Assembly (NCBI GenBank): GCA_021814835.1
Contig: JAKAHO010000002.1
Span: 1 to 33,056 of the forward strand
DNA from: a bacterium
GTDB lineage: Bacteria > Patescibacteriota > Minisyncoccia > UBA6257 > GWB1-50-10
Direction: 5' to 3'
Length of the DNA: 33,056 nt
Shown here: in pieces, positions 15,559 to 23,478 of the stretch
Position numbering within the stretch: position 1 is the first letter of the stretch
Layout: each line of letters starts with the position of its first letter
Notes under the pieces: model-generated
The model's database searches: none
What the model was told of the DNA's origin: nothing
What the model saw: the letters and a program-made list of their open reading frames with translations, nothing else
Translations under genes and position numbers: made by a program

Positions 15559-16245
15559 TTATTGCAAGTGATAAATCACGTCCTTTCGCTCCGCAACCAC
15601 TCTCCATCCCGCACGCTTTGCGTGGGCATAAAGAATACTGTTTGGATTGAAACACACGGGCTTATCAACAAGCTTCAAAAAAGGAATATCGGCTTCCGAG
15701 TCCCCCACGCCGACAGAGCCCTTAAGTGAAAGTCCATGCTCCTCGACTATACGTTTCAAAAGTTTCGCTTTATCGCGCGCGAGGTCGAGATGCATTATCT
15801 CATTTTTTAATTTTCCCCTTCCGTCCACCTTATATATGCGTCCGTACGAGCGGTCGAATCCGAGCGTTCTGCAAAATTCGTCGACAAGTTCTTTGGGCGA
15901 ATTCGAAATGGCGATGATGTAATATTTCTTGGCACGCAACTCGTGCACAAGGTCGCGCGTGTAGCGGTATACGCGGTTCTGGTGAAACTTCACCACCTTG
16001 CGCGCGATACGAAGGAAGTGTTCGCGGTCCACGCCCGCGATATACGCGTCGAACGCATCGACAACTCCGCGGATATACGCGTCGTATGAACCCTTACGAT
16101 CAAGCCAGTTTTTGTATGCGTCGTGATACATCTTCTCCGCCTTCGCGGGGAAAAACCCGTCCTGAATAAGCGCTTCGGTAACTTCAATAAGAAGACTCGA
16201 GCGGAAAATAGTGCCGTCAATATCGAATATCGCCACTTTCCTCAT
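15559..16245 (-). CDS. HAD-superfamily hydrolase (subfamily IB / phosphoserine phosphatase-like)
   Basis: It has HAD motif I near the N-terminus (VAIFDIDGTIF), motif II (IISNS) and motif IV (GVGDSEADIP). The start is placed at MRKVAIF (16245). The track start at 16284 lies right against the upstream terminator, and 16251 is an alternative. Confidence 0.8.
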   Translation of the reverse strand: MRKVAIFDIDGTIFRSSLLIEVTEALIQDGFFPAKAEKMYHDAYKNWLDRKGSYDAYIRGVVDAFDAYIAGVDREHFLRIARKVVKFHQNRVYRYTRDLVHELRAKKYYIIAISNSPKELVDEFCRTLGFDRSYGRIYKVDGRGKLKNEIMHLDLARDKAKLLKRIVEEHGLSLKGSVGVGDSEADIPFLKLVDKPVCFNPNSILYAHAKRAGWRVVAERKDVIYHLQ

Positions 16246-16251
16246 ATACAT

Positions 16252-16260
16252 ATTGTAGCA
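16252..16260 (-). promoter_or_regulatory. Extended -10 element (TGcTACAAT) 6 nt upstream of the ATG at 16245; possible leaderless mRNA
   Basis: The minus strand reads TTTTGGTGCTACAATATGTATATGAGG. Confidence 0.35.
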
Positions 16261-16286
16261 CCAAAAAATACGCCAGCGAGACACAT

Positions 16287-16311
16287 AAAAAAAACCCCGC
16301 GAGGGGGTTTT
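16287..16311 (-). terminator. Intrinsic terminator after the peroxiredoxin gene
   Basis: On the minus strand a CCCC/GGGG-cored hairpin (AACCCC-ucgc-GGGGUU) is followed by U8. Confidence 0.6.
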
Positions 16312-16317
16312 CTTGTC

Positions 16318-16923
16318 TTATATCTTGCCGACCAAATCAACTCCGGGTGTAAGCGTTTCTGCTCCTGGCTCCCAGCTTGCGGGACACACCTGTCCTGCGT
16401 GCGTCGCCACATACTGCGCCGCCTGCAGTTTGCGGAGCGTTTCCTTCGCGGAACGGCCGATACTGTTGTCATGAATCTCCACCGACTTAATAACACCCTC
16501 GGGGTTCACGATGAACGTACCGCGAAGCGAGAGTCCTTCCTCCTCAATATAAACGCCGAGCATACGGGAAAGTTTTCCGTTGTGGTCGGCCGCCATCGGA
16601 TACTGAACCTTGCCGATTGCAGGCGAGCTGTCATGCCACGCCTTGTGCGTAAACGCGGTATCCGTACTCACGCTTACGACTTCAACATTGAGCTTCTGAA
16701 ACTCCTTATAGTGCGCCGCCAATTCTTCAAGCTCCGTCGGACACACGAAGGTGAAGTCTGCCGGGTAGAAGAACAACACGACCCATTTGCCGAGCAACGA
16801 CGAAAGACGTATCTTTCCAAGTTCATCGTTATGGGAGACATCGAGCTCAACTTCCGGCAGCGTACGCCCGACCAATGGACACGTGCAACCGCTTACGAAA
16901 CAATTCACTTCTTTGTTGTGCAT
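16318..16923 (-). CDS. ahpC: 2-Cys peroxiredoxin (AhpC/TSA family)
   Basis: 201-aa ORF with the peroxidatic Cys motif FYPADFTFVCPTEL and a resolving Cys near the C-terminus (GQVCPASW). It has a short N-terminal extension with C-x5-C-x-C. Confidence 0.9.
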   Translation of the reverse strand: MHNKEVNCFVSGCTCPLVGRTLPEVELDVSHNDELGKIRLSSLLGKWVVLFFYPADFTFVCPTELEELAAHYKEFQKLNVEVVSVSTDTAFTHKAWHDSSPAIGKVQYPMAADHNGKLSRMLGVYIEEEGLSLRGTFIVNPEGVIKSVEIHDNSIGRSAKETLRKLQAAQYVATHAGQVCPASWEPGAETLTPGVDLVGKI

Positions 16924-16981
16924 AAAATATATATTGATTAACTGACGTTTTCAGTATAGTAAACCCGGCAGGGAAAGCAAC

Positions 16982-17018
16982 AAATAAAAAGCGCCAGTCC
17001 GAATTCCGGATAGGCGCT
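16982..17018 (-). terminator. Intrinsic terminator after the Cys-rich lipoprotein gene
   Basis: The hairpin is AGCGCC..UCCG-loop-CGGA..GGCGCU. It is followed on the minus strand by UUUUAUUU. Confidence 0.5.
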
Positions 17019-17051
17019 CAAAGAGGGCATGGCCCTCATAGTATATTGTTG

Positions 17052-17372
17052 CTAGCGGCAGGTGTTACAGCTGGAGCCGCACCCGCTGTTGCAGCACCAG
17101 AGGCCCGGCGAACAAAGGTTGTTGATGCAAGTGTAGGCATATCCTGCCGCGGCACACGTGTTCCCGCCTCCACCGCCGCCGCTGTGGCACAAGTTGTCCG
17201 CGCCGCAAGACCAGCCGGCGTCGCAGTAGCCGCTGCCATTCGGCACACAGCAAGCGCTTGCCGGCATGCAACCGCTTCCGCACTCCACCTTGCCGGCCGC
17301 ACACTTCTTGTCCACGGGACCGCACGCCGAAAGGAATACCGTCGCAAGTGCGACCATCAGAAGCTTCGCCAT
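17052..17372 (-). CDS. Small cysteine-rich putative lipoprotein
   Basis: 106-aa ORF with SD AAGGGGGAA. It has a signal peptide plus a lipobox-like LSAC. It contains 17 Cys and a Gly6 run. The segment is locally GC-rich, so several frames are open. Confidence 0.65.
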   Translation of the reverse strand: MAKLLMVALATVFLSACGPVDKKCAAGKVECGSGCMPASACCVPNGSGYCDAGWSCGADNLCHSGGGGGGNTCAAAGYAYTCINNLCSPGLWCCNSGCGSSCNTCR

Positions 17373-17651
17373 GATTCCCCCTTATTCTAAGCGTGTGAAT
17401 TTTCTAACGTGTTAACGTACAACATCTGTAGTATCTACTGCTTCCCGCACATCGTCAAATCACACAACAAAAAGCCCCACCCCGAGTCCGGAATCAAAAA
17501 TCCCTATCTTCATACGGTCCTTATTATATCGCAATAAAGACAGATGTAAGCTTTCTTCCATTCCCGCGTCTCACTGTATGAAGGAGCGCGCAATCAATAA
17601 AAAGGTCGAACGCAAATTTCGTGTCTCCTGTCGGTAACACTATCTATCACT

Positions 17652-18650
17652 ATGAAAATACATAATAAATTATTTGCGGTCATGACAGTAATAACACTCA
17701 CTGCGAACATTGCCGGCGTAGCAATGGCGAAGAACGGCAATGGCGAGCGCGACAGCGAAAAGGCTGAACCGCAAACGGAACACATACAAACCGCGCGTGC
17801 CCAATTCAGGAAAGATATTGAATCGACCCGGGAATCGGCAAAGCGGCAGTGGGAGCAGAAGCGTGAATCAATGAAAGAAGCCCTAAGGGACGTGAAGGAC
17901 GAACGGAAGCGCGCAACGATAAGCCGCATCGGGCAGAGCCTGAACGGGATAAATGCGCACGTTCTCGCGCGCTACGCTGAGAATCTGGAACAGCTAGATC
18001 GGGTGCTCGCGAACATCAATATCCGAACAAATCGGGCTGAAGTCCGCGGTTTCGCACTTGCGCCGGTCCGTACCGCGCTCGCACTCGCGTCGACAAGCAT
18101 CGCGACAGCCCGCACGGCAGTCATCGCCCAGTCAGGGAAAGCCTATATTGCGGTTATCAGCTCGTCCACAACCGCCCGAGCGGACCTTACCGCCATCCGC
18201 GATTCGTTGAAGAACGATCTCCGTGCCGTCGAGGCGTTAGTGAAAGCGGCGCGTACCGCGGTCCATGCCGCGGCAATTACTCTTGCATCGGTACAGGGTA
18301 TCGGTGAACGGGATGAGGCGCGGGCAACGAGTACGGTCCCCGTTATTATTCTGCCGACGCTCACGAATATCGCCCCCGCAACAACCACGGCGGGCAGTGG
18401 AAATCTTACGCTCACTATAAACGGCGCAAGATTCTCTTCAAGCTCCATCGTCTATTGGTCTACAGCAGAGCTTCCAACGACATTCATATCTCCGACGCAG
18501 CTTACGGCAACCGTATCGGCAACAAACGTGCTCGCCTCCGGCAGTACCGCCATCACGGTAAGGAACACAAGCTCCACGAGTGGCGCATCAAATGCGATTA
18601 TATTCACCGTCATACCGGCAACGACTTCGACGGCAACGAGCACAATATAA
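17652..18650 (+). CDS. Secreted protein with an alpha-helical N-terminal half and a C-terminal IPT/TIG-like Ig-fold domain
   Basis: 332-aa ORF and the only plus-strand gene. The signal peptide is MKIHNKLFAVMTVITLTANIAGVAMA. The C-terminal segment (LTLTINGARFSSSSIVYWS...ITVRN...SNAIIFTV) resembles IPT/TIG repeats. Confidence 0.65.
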   Translation: MKIHNKLFAVMTVITLTANIAGVAMAKNGNGERDSEKAEPQTEHIQTARAQFRKDIESTRESAKRQWEQKRESMKEALRDVKDERKRATISRIGQSLNGINAHVLARYAENLEQLDRVLANINIRTNRAEVRGFALAPVRTALALASTSIATARTAVIAQSGKAYIAVISSSTTARADLTAIRDSLKNDLRAVEALVKAARTAVHAAAITLASVQGIGERDEARATSTVPVIILPTLTNIAPATTTAGSGNLTLTINGARFSSSSIVYWSTAELPTTFISPTQLTATVSATNVLASGSTAITVRNTSSTSGASNAIIFTVIPATTSTATSTI

Positions 18651-18662
18651 CAAACGACCTAT

Positions 18663-18694
18663 AAAAAATCCGCGCATTATGCGCGGATTTTTTA
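18663..18694. terminator. Bidirectional intrinsic terminator between convergent genes
   Basis: The sequence is A6-ATCCGCGCA-tta-TGCGCGGAT-T7. It is symmetric, so it can terminate both the plus-strand TIG gene and the minus-strand copper operon. Confidence 0.7.
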
Positions 18695-18697
18695 TAA

Positions 18698-19096
18698 TTA
18701 TCTGAATTGAATGGTCGCGCTATACATCCCCATTCCGCAAAGCGCCTGAAGCTCATCTCCTGCGCGCTGCGCAGGAACTGGAAATTCAGAAACTCCCGAC
18801 GGAGGCAGCATCTTGCGGATACCAAGCGAGGGAATGGTAAATGCCGCGGAACAATCGAACGTGGACCGCGTACGCACGCGAATTATGGTAGGTATTCCCG
18901 CCCTTGCAGCAATAACACTCGGATAATATCCGCCCTTTGCGGTTATTTCAACGATTTGCGCGCCCCCTTCCATATGCGTCGCCGGCGCGGCCCCGGAAGA
19001 TGAAACGCCTGCCGAACTGCGGGTAATAACAAAGGCGCCCACAATGATGCCCGCAGCAAGGATTATCGATGCAATGAGAAATGTGTATTTATTCAT
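18698..19096 (-). CDS. Membrane-anchored cupredoxin-like protein (last gene of the copper operon)
   Basis: The start is placed at MNKYTF (19096), 5 nt after the upstream stop. It has an N-terminal TM helix and a beta-rich domain ending in ...LQALCGMGMYSATIQF, with Cys/Met candidate copper ligands. Confidence 0.55.
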   Translation of the reverse strand: MNKYTFLIASIILAAGIIVGAFVITRSSAGVSSSGAAPATHMEGGAQIVEITAKGGYYPSVIAARAGIPTIIRVRTRSTFDCSAAFTIPSLGIRKMLPPSGVSEFPVPAQRAGDELQALCGMGMYSATIQFR

Positions 19097-19100
19097 GTTA

Positions 19101-20123
19101 TTAAAATCCAAACACAGGACGAATAATGCCCGCCGCCGCAAAACTGTTCACCATATTCATAATACCGAACGCGATAACGAGCAATCCCGCGGTCTTGAAG
19201 AATACTCCGGACCACTTGCCCTTCCCAAGCTCAACCGAGGTGAAGCTGATGAGCGCGAGTACGGGAAACGTACCGAGCGCAAACGCAAACATCGTCATTG
19301 CGCCCCCGAAAAATGTTCCCGTAGATAAACTGTATACCTGCATCGACTGGGTAAATCCGCATGGCAAAAAGAATGTTGAAGCACCGATGAGAAGCGGCAC
19401 CAAACCATGCTCAAATTGCGCGACGCCCTTCGTTGCACGAGTCAAAAACTTCGGCATATGCGGCTGAAGCCGTTTCGCCCACGGAAAAACCTCAAGAAGG
19501 TTTAAACCGAGCGAAAGCATAATAAGACCGACGACCGTTCCAAGAATGAGCGCCGCAAGCGAGCTCAACGTAAACGCGGACCCGATGAGTCCGATAACGC
19601 CTCCCAGCACAAAGAACGAAATAATTCTTCCTGCATGAAATAATATCTGAGACGTCTTTTTTCCTCCCTCTTTTGCATATTGCGCGGAAACCGAAAGCAA
19701 TAGTCCGCCCACGACCGCAAGACACGATGATACCGACGCAACAAGACCGATGCCGAATGCGGCGGAAAAATTAACATTTTCCGCATTAATAAGATTCACA
19801 AGCCCCGCTTTTTGCAGAAGATAGAACGCTGCCGAAAAGACAAGCGCTATCGGCAACGCATATCGGAACTCGCTCCACTTCGGAACAAAGCGGGTCTTTT
19901 CAATTGTAAGCGTGTAACCGTCTTTTTCTATAACTGCTGAGAGATCGCGCGCGATTGTTTCTGCTGCCGCCTCGGTTTCAACAACCACCTCGGCAGTATT
20001 GCGCGCATCATCTACGCGCACCGAAACAACCCCGGGGACTTCCGAAAGTTTGTCGGTAATGAGCAGTCCGCATGCCTTGCAATGCATTCCCTGCACATGA
20101 AATATATGTTTATTGTGGGTCAT
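19101..20123 (-). CDS. HMA (heavy-metal-associated) domain fused to a TauE/SafE-like multi-pass membrane protein
   Basis: 340-aa ORF. The N-terminal ferredoxin-like HMA domain has a GMHCKAC metal-binding motif. Several Gly-rich TM helices follow. Confidence 0.75.
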   Translation of the reverse strand: MTHNKHIFHVQGMHCKACGLLITDKLSEVPGVVSVRVDDARNTAEVVVETEAAAETIARDLSAVIEKDGYTLTIEKTRFVPKWSEFRYALPIALVFSAAFYLLQKAGLVNLINAENVNFSAAFGIGLVASVSSCLAVVGGLLLSVSAQYAKEGGKKTSQILFHAGRIISFFVLGGVIGLIGSAFTLSSLAALILGTVVGLIMLSLGLNLLEVFPWAKRLQPHMPKFLTRATKGVAQFEHGLVPLLIGASTFFLPCGFTQSMQVYSLSTGTFFGGAMTMFAFALGTFPVLALISFTSVELGKGKWSGVFFKTAGLLVIAFGIMNMVNSFAAAGIIRPVFGF

Positions 20124-20125
20124 AA

Positions 20126-22411
20126 TTATTTAAGATTAAGCGTTTTCAATCTGAGCGAATTGCCGACGACCGACACGCTGCTCCCCGCCATCGCGATTCC
20201 CGCGAATACAGGACTCAAAAATATTCCCCATATGGGATAGAGAGCGCCCGCAGCAAGCGGAATGCCGACGACATTATAGAAGAATGCCCAGAAAAGATTC
20301 TGCCTGATGGTGCGCATGGTGCGTTTCGCAAGAATGTATGCCTGCACCGCCTTTCGCACATCTCCCTTCAAAAGAGTTATGCCTGCGGCCTCCATCGCGA
20401 TATCCGCGCCCGTTGCCATCGCAATGCCGACATTTGCCTGCGTGAGCGCGGGCGCGTCGTTAATGCCGTCGCCGACCATCGCCACATTCTTGCCGCGTGA
20501 CTGAAGTTCTTTTATTTTTGCAGCCTTTTCATTAGGCATCACCTCCGCAATAACTTCATCAATGCCCGCAAGCCTCGCTATATATGCGGCCGATTTCCTG
20601 TTATCTCCGGTAAGCATTATCGTTTTCACGCCTTTTGAGTGAAGCGCGGCCACCGCTTCTTTTGCGCCCGCCTTAATCGTATCGCTGAGCGCGATGAGTC
20701 CGATTATTTCCCCGCTAGAAACAACCGTAACAACCGTCTTCCCCTCATTCTGCAATGCGTCGAAACGTGGAAGTGCCGTATCGTCCGCATTCGGACGGCG
20801 GACGAGAACATCAACGCCGCCCACCTTTCCACGCACACCAATTCCCTCCATCGAGAGAAAATCTTTCGGCTCTTCTAGAGGCACGGAAAGTCTTTCTGCC
20901 TCCGCGATAATCGCGCGCGCAAGCGGGTGCTCGGAATGCCATTCAATACTCGCCGCGACACGCAATACTTCGAACTCGCCTCCGTCTCCCATCGGCACCA
21001 CATCCGTAACTTTCGGCGCACCTTCAGTTATGGTACCCGTCTTGTCGAACACAATCGTATCAACGTGGGAAAGATTTTCGAGCGCCTCCGCTCCTTTTAT
21101 AAGAATGCCGTACTCGGCCCCCTTCCCCACGCCCACAATGATTGCGGTTGGCGTCGCAAGCCCAAGCGCGCAGGGACACGCGATAACGAGTACGCCGACA
21201 AATGAAAGAAGTGCAAATGAAAATGCCTGCGTAATCCCGAGCGGCGAACTTCCCAAAGTAAGCCACAGCGCAAATGAAAGAACCGCAATGCCGAGCACTA
21301 TAGGCACGAATATGCCCGAAATTTTATCGGCGAGCGCCTGAATGGGCGCCTTTGACCCCTGCGCTTCCGCAACCATCTTCACAATCTGCGCGAGCATGGT
21401 ATCCGCACCCACGCGTGTCGCCCTGCACTTCAACACTCCCTGCTTATTAATGGTTGCACCCGTCACACTGTCGCCTGCCCGCTTATCAGCAGGAATCGGT
21501 TCGCCGGTAAGCATGGACTCATCGACAGACGATGCGCCATCTACCACCACGCCGTCCACGGGGACTTTTGCGCCGGGACGAACAATAAATATGTCGCCCG
21601 CGACAAGCTCGGAAACAGAAATCTCCGCCTCCTTTCCGTTGCGGATTACGATTGCGGTTTTCGCCTGAAGCCCAAGAAGCTTTTCTATGGCCTCGCCCGT
21701 GCGAAGACGTGAACGCGCTTCCATATACTTCCCGAGCAGCACGAATCCGATAACCACTATGGTTACATCAAAATATGCGTATTCAGGAAATTTAAAATAT
21801 TCGCGCACCTGCGGAAAAAGCACGATAACGGCGCTGTAAATATACGCAGAAAGCGTACCGATGCCGATAAGCGTATCCATATTGGCCACGCGATAGCGAA
21901 TGAAACGTCCGACTCCCTGCAGGAACGGCATGCCCGCCCAAAAAAGCGTGACGCTTGAAAGCACAAGAAGTATCGCGTTTTTAATCCCCATCGAAACGGG
22001 AATCGTGGGAATTGCGGGAAAATACGCAGCTGCAATCTCAAGAGCCATATTCACAAATACGAGCAACGCAAGGGGAAATACAAAGTTCACCTTTGTGCGC
22101 ATTGCAGAAAGTTCTTCGAGCTTCTCTTCTTTTGCCCGCATATCAGGCCCCTCGTGATGATGCCCCGACATATCCATTCCGGGCGTATGCGCATGGCCAT
22201 CCATTGACTCAAGCGAATAGCCGATAGGACTGAGCTCTTTATTAATAATCTCGAGAGAAGCGGTATTCGCGTCCCCATCAACTTTTACCGTGTCGGTCGC
22301 GAAATTCACATCGACATTTTTCACACCGGTAAGTTTTCCGACGCGCTTTGAAATAATCTGAGCGCAACTCGCGCAATGCATTCCTTTTACCCGATAGGTT
22401 TGTAGTGCCAT
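20126..22411 (-). CDS. copA: Copper-translocating P1B-type ATPase
   Basis: 761-aa ORF. It has an N-terminal HMA domain (GMHCASC), the TM CPC motif ([11 protein letters not shown]), the phosphorylation site DKTGTIT, TGD, and the GDGINDAP hinge. Confidence 0.95.
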   Translation of the reverse strand: MALQTYRVKGMHCASCAQIISKRVGKLTGVKNVDVNFATDTVKVDGDANTASLEIINKELSPIGYSLESMDGHAHTPGMDMSGHHHEGPDMRAKEEKLEELSAMRTKVNFVFPLALLVFVNMALEIAAAYFPAIPTIPVSMGIKNAILLVLSSVTLFWAGMPFLQGVGRFIRYRVANMDTLIGIGTLSAYIYSAVIVLFPQVREYFKFPEYAYFDVTIVVIGFVLLGKYMEARSRLRTGEAIEKLLGLQAKTAIVIRNGKEAEISVSELVAGDIFIVRPGAKVPVDGVVVDGASSVDESMLTGEPIPADKRAGDSVTGATINKQGVLKCRATRVGADTMLAQIVKMVAEAQGSKAPIQALADKISGIFVPIVLGIAVLSFALWLTLGSSPLGITQAFSFALLSFVGVLVIACPCALGLATPTAIIVGVGKGAEYGILIKGAEALENLSHVDTIVFDKTGTITEGAPKVTDVVPMGDGGEFEVLRVAASIEWHSEHPLARAIIAEAERLSVPLEEPKDFLSMEGIGVRGKVGGVDVLVRRPNADDTALPRFDALQNEGKTVVTVVSSGEIIGLIALSDTIKAGAKEAVAALHSKGVKTIMLTGDNRKSAAYIARLAGIDEVIAEVMPNEKAAKIKELQSRGKNVAMVGDGINDAPALTQANVGIAMATGADIAMEAAGITLLKGDVRKAVQAYILAKRTMRTIRQNLFWAFFYNVVGIPLAAGALYPIWGIFLSPVFAGIAMAGSSVSVVGNSLRLKTLNLK

Positions 22412-22413
22412 AG

Positions 22414-22680
22414 TTATTTTAAATCGTATATGCGCAATAACTCCTCGGCGGTCTGCTCCTTATTCTCATGGATTTTATGCTCCACGCAGTGATACAGGTG
22501 GCCCTTCAGCAATGCGTGCTCTGCGCTCCGCAGGAGTCCTATTGCCGCATGGGTCTGTTGGATGATCTCAGGGCAGTAGGCCCCGCCCCCTATCATCGTA
22601 GACACCTTGCGCACAAGCCCCTCCGCCTGCTTCACCAACTTCTCCGCCTTCGCTTTGTCAGCGGTTATTATATGTTTCAT
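22414..22680 (-). CDS. csoR: CsoR/RcnR-family metal-sensing transcriptional repressor
   Basis: 88-aa ORF with the family's conserved Cys-His-Cys ligand pattern (YCPEI ... LYHCV). It sits 2 nt upstream of copA. Confidence 0.85.
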   Translation of the reverse strand: MKHIITADKAKAEKLVKQAEGLVRKVSTMIGGGAYCPEIIQQTHAAIGLLRSAEHALLKGHLYHCVEHKIHENKEQTAEELLRIYDLK

Positions 22681-22687
22681 ACCTAGT

Positions 22688-22719
22688 ACCTAGTGTATAG
22701 GTTCAATATGTTTCGTCAA
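22688..22719 (-). promoter_or_regulatory. Candidate promoter (TTGACG-16 nt-TACACT) with an overlapping inverted repeat (ACCTA-n5-TAGGT), upstream of csoR
   Basis: The minus strand reads CCTTGACGAAACATATTGAACCTATACACTAGGTACTAGGTATG. The inverted repeat spans the -10 box, an arrangement expected for an autoregulated repressor operator. A third ACCTA half-site lies at 22681..22685. Confidence 0.35.
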
Positions 22720-23051
22720 GGACTATAAAAACAGAGCAAAATCCCACTTAACCGTTACGCATAATTTTCACTTAAAAATTTTCTGTGAACAAAACGCTCC
22801 CGATAAAGATAGCGGCTTTCGTCTCCTGATAAATTACGGCGAATTCAATCGCCTCGCCGGTTGATAATGTTTCACGCAAAATACACCCTGAATTGTCGGA
22901 AAGCTCTCCTATAACTACCCGAAAAATGATAACGCTGCGAAACGCGTACGCGGGAATGTTTTTTTACTTGATCACGATAAAAAAATCTTTGAGTATAAAT
23001 AAAGGCGAGAAGCCATTCCTCCCGCAATAAGCATGATAAAAAATGAATCAC

Positions 23052-23085
23052 AAAAAAATCCGCTCGAATCGAGCGGATTTTTTTT
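23052..23085. terminator. Symmetric (bidirectional) intrinsic terminator
   Basis: The sequence is A7-TCCGCTCG-aat-CGAGCGGA-T8. On the minus strand it directly follows the stop codon of the small basic ORF. Confidence 0.65.
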
Positions 23086-23086
23086 A

Positions 23087-23182
23087 TTAGCGGCTGCGCT
23101 TTGCTGCCTTCCTCTTCTTCGGAGCCGCCTTCCTCTTCTTCGGAGCCGCCTTCCTCTTTGCTACCTTCTTTTTCTTTGCCAT
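23087..23182 (-). CDS. Possible 31-aa highly basic repeat peptide (MAKKKKVAKRKAAPKKRKAAPKKRKAAKRSR)
   Basis: Hand-translated ORF. It contains an in-frame 21-bp tandem repeat and is followed immediately by a strong terminator. No SD is visible. A TGaTACAAT extended -10-like element lies about 60 nt upstream. Confidence 0.35.
   Translation of the reverse strand: MAKKKKVAKRKAAPKKRKAAPKKRKAAKRSR
23106..23158. repeat. Perfect 21-bp direct tandem repeat, about 2.5 copies (CCTTCCTCTTCTTCGGAGCCG)
   Basis: Copies at 23107..23127 and 23128..23148 are identical, and a partial third copy follows. On the minus strand each unit encodes AAPKKRK. Confidence 0.85.
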
Positions 23183-23302
23183 AGATATAAATAAGTTGTT
23201 TGAAATATTCGACCTTTCACTAAAATATTTTATTTAATCTCATTGTATCATTTTATTTTTGCGAAATTGTGAAAAACGTACGCGTTCTGTGCATAACTTA
23301 CA

Positions 23303-23344
23303 ATAAAAACAAAAAGAGCTCCGACACATACATGTGGAGCTCTT
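23303..23344 (-). terminator. Intrinsic terminator after the 35-aa ORF
   Basis: The stem is a perfect 9 bp (AAGAGCTCC / GGAGCTCTT) with a 13-nt loop. It is followed on the minus strand by UUUUUGUUUUU. Confidence 0.55.
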
Positions 23345-23359
23345 GGGAAATTTTCAAAA

Positions 23360-23467
23360 TCACCGCCTACTCTTCCATTCGAAACCGCAATCCTCGCACA
23401 AACGCCGGATGCCGCCGCTTTCGGATATAATCTCGGTATCAAACCGCGTGAGGCGTTTCGCAAGCAT
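23360..23467 (-). CDS. Possible 35-aa CxxC peptide (MLAKRLTRFDTEIISESGGIRRLCEDCGFEWKSRR)
   Basis: Hand-translated ORF. A strong SD (AAAGGAG) lies 5 nt before the ATG. The start is 11 nt after the stop of the 149-aa ORF, and a terminator hairpin begins 15 nt after its stop. It is in a different frame from the 71-aa track ORF 23248..23463. Confidence 0.5.
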   Translation of the reverse strand: MLAKRLTRFDTEIISESGGIRRLCEDCGFEWKSRR

Positions 23468-23478
23468 GTGGCTCCTTT

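Noticed and set aside
16123-16941. Long plus-strand ORFs lying antisense to well-supported minus-strand genes. Examples: 16123..16941 (272 aa), 14103..14810 (235 aa), 20694..21341 (215 aa), 8750..9370 (206 aa), 23488..24018 (176 aa), 12459..12881, 13128..13619 and 1229..1720.
   Set aside because: They are shadow ORFs opposite genes with clear family motifs (peroxiredoxin, prs, copA, rSAM, helicase and others). Their translations are low-complexity and Arg/Ser/Cys-rich with no recognisable motifs, and they lack an SD.
17036-17390. Three additional overlapping ORFs in the GC-rich island (17036..17347 -, 17046..17390 +, 17065..17325 -).
   Set aside because: High GC suppresses stop codons in all frames. 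Only 17052..17372 has an SD, a signal peptide/lipobox and a downstream terminator. The others are Ala/Arg-rich, as is typical of off-frame GC-rich translation.
19097-19141. Upstream extensions of several track ORFs: 18698..19141 (15 codons), 15559..16284 (13 codons) and 31399..31842 (14 codons).
   Set aside because: The extensions overlap the preceding gene or a terminator. Internal Met codons give normal signal-anchor or HAD motif-I N-termini (MNKYTF..., MRKVAIFDIDGT..., MKKYLIV...).
23106-23158. The 21-bp tandem repeat, considered as a possible CRISPR array or minisatellite.
   Set aside because: There are only about 2.5 directly abutting copies with no spacers, the unit is too short, and no cas genes are present. 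It is in frame with a small ORF, so it is better explained as a coding repeat.
23248-23463. 71-aa minus-strand ORF (TTG start).
   Set aside because: It reads straight through a 9-bp-stem intrinsic terminator with its U tract, and has no SD. A different frame holds a 35-aa ORF with a strong SD that ends just before the terminator.
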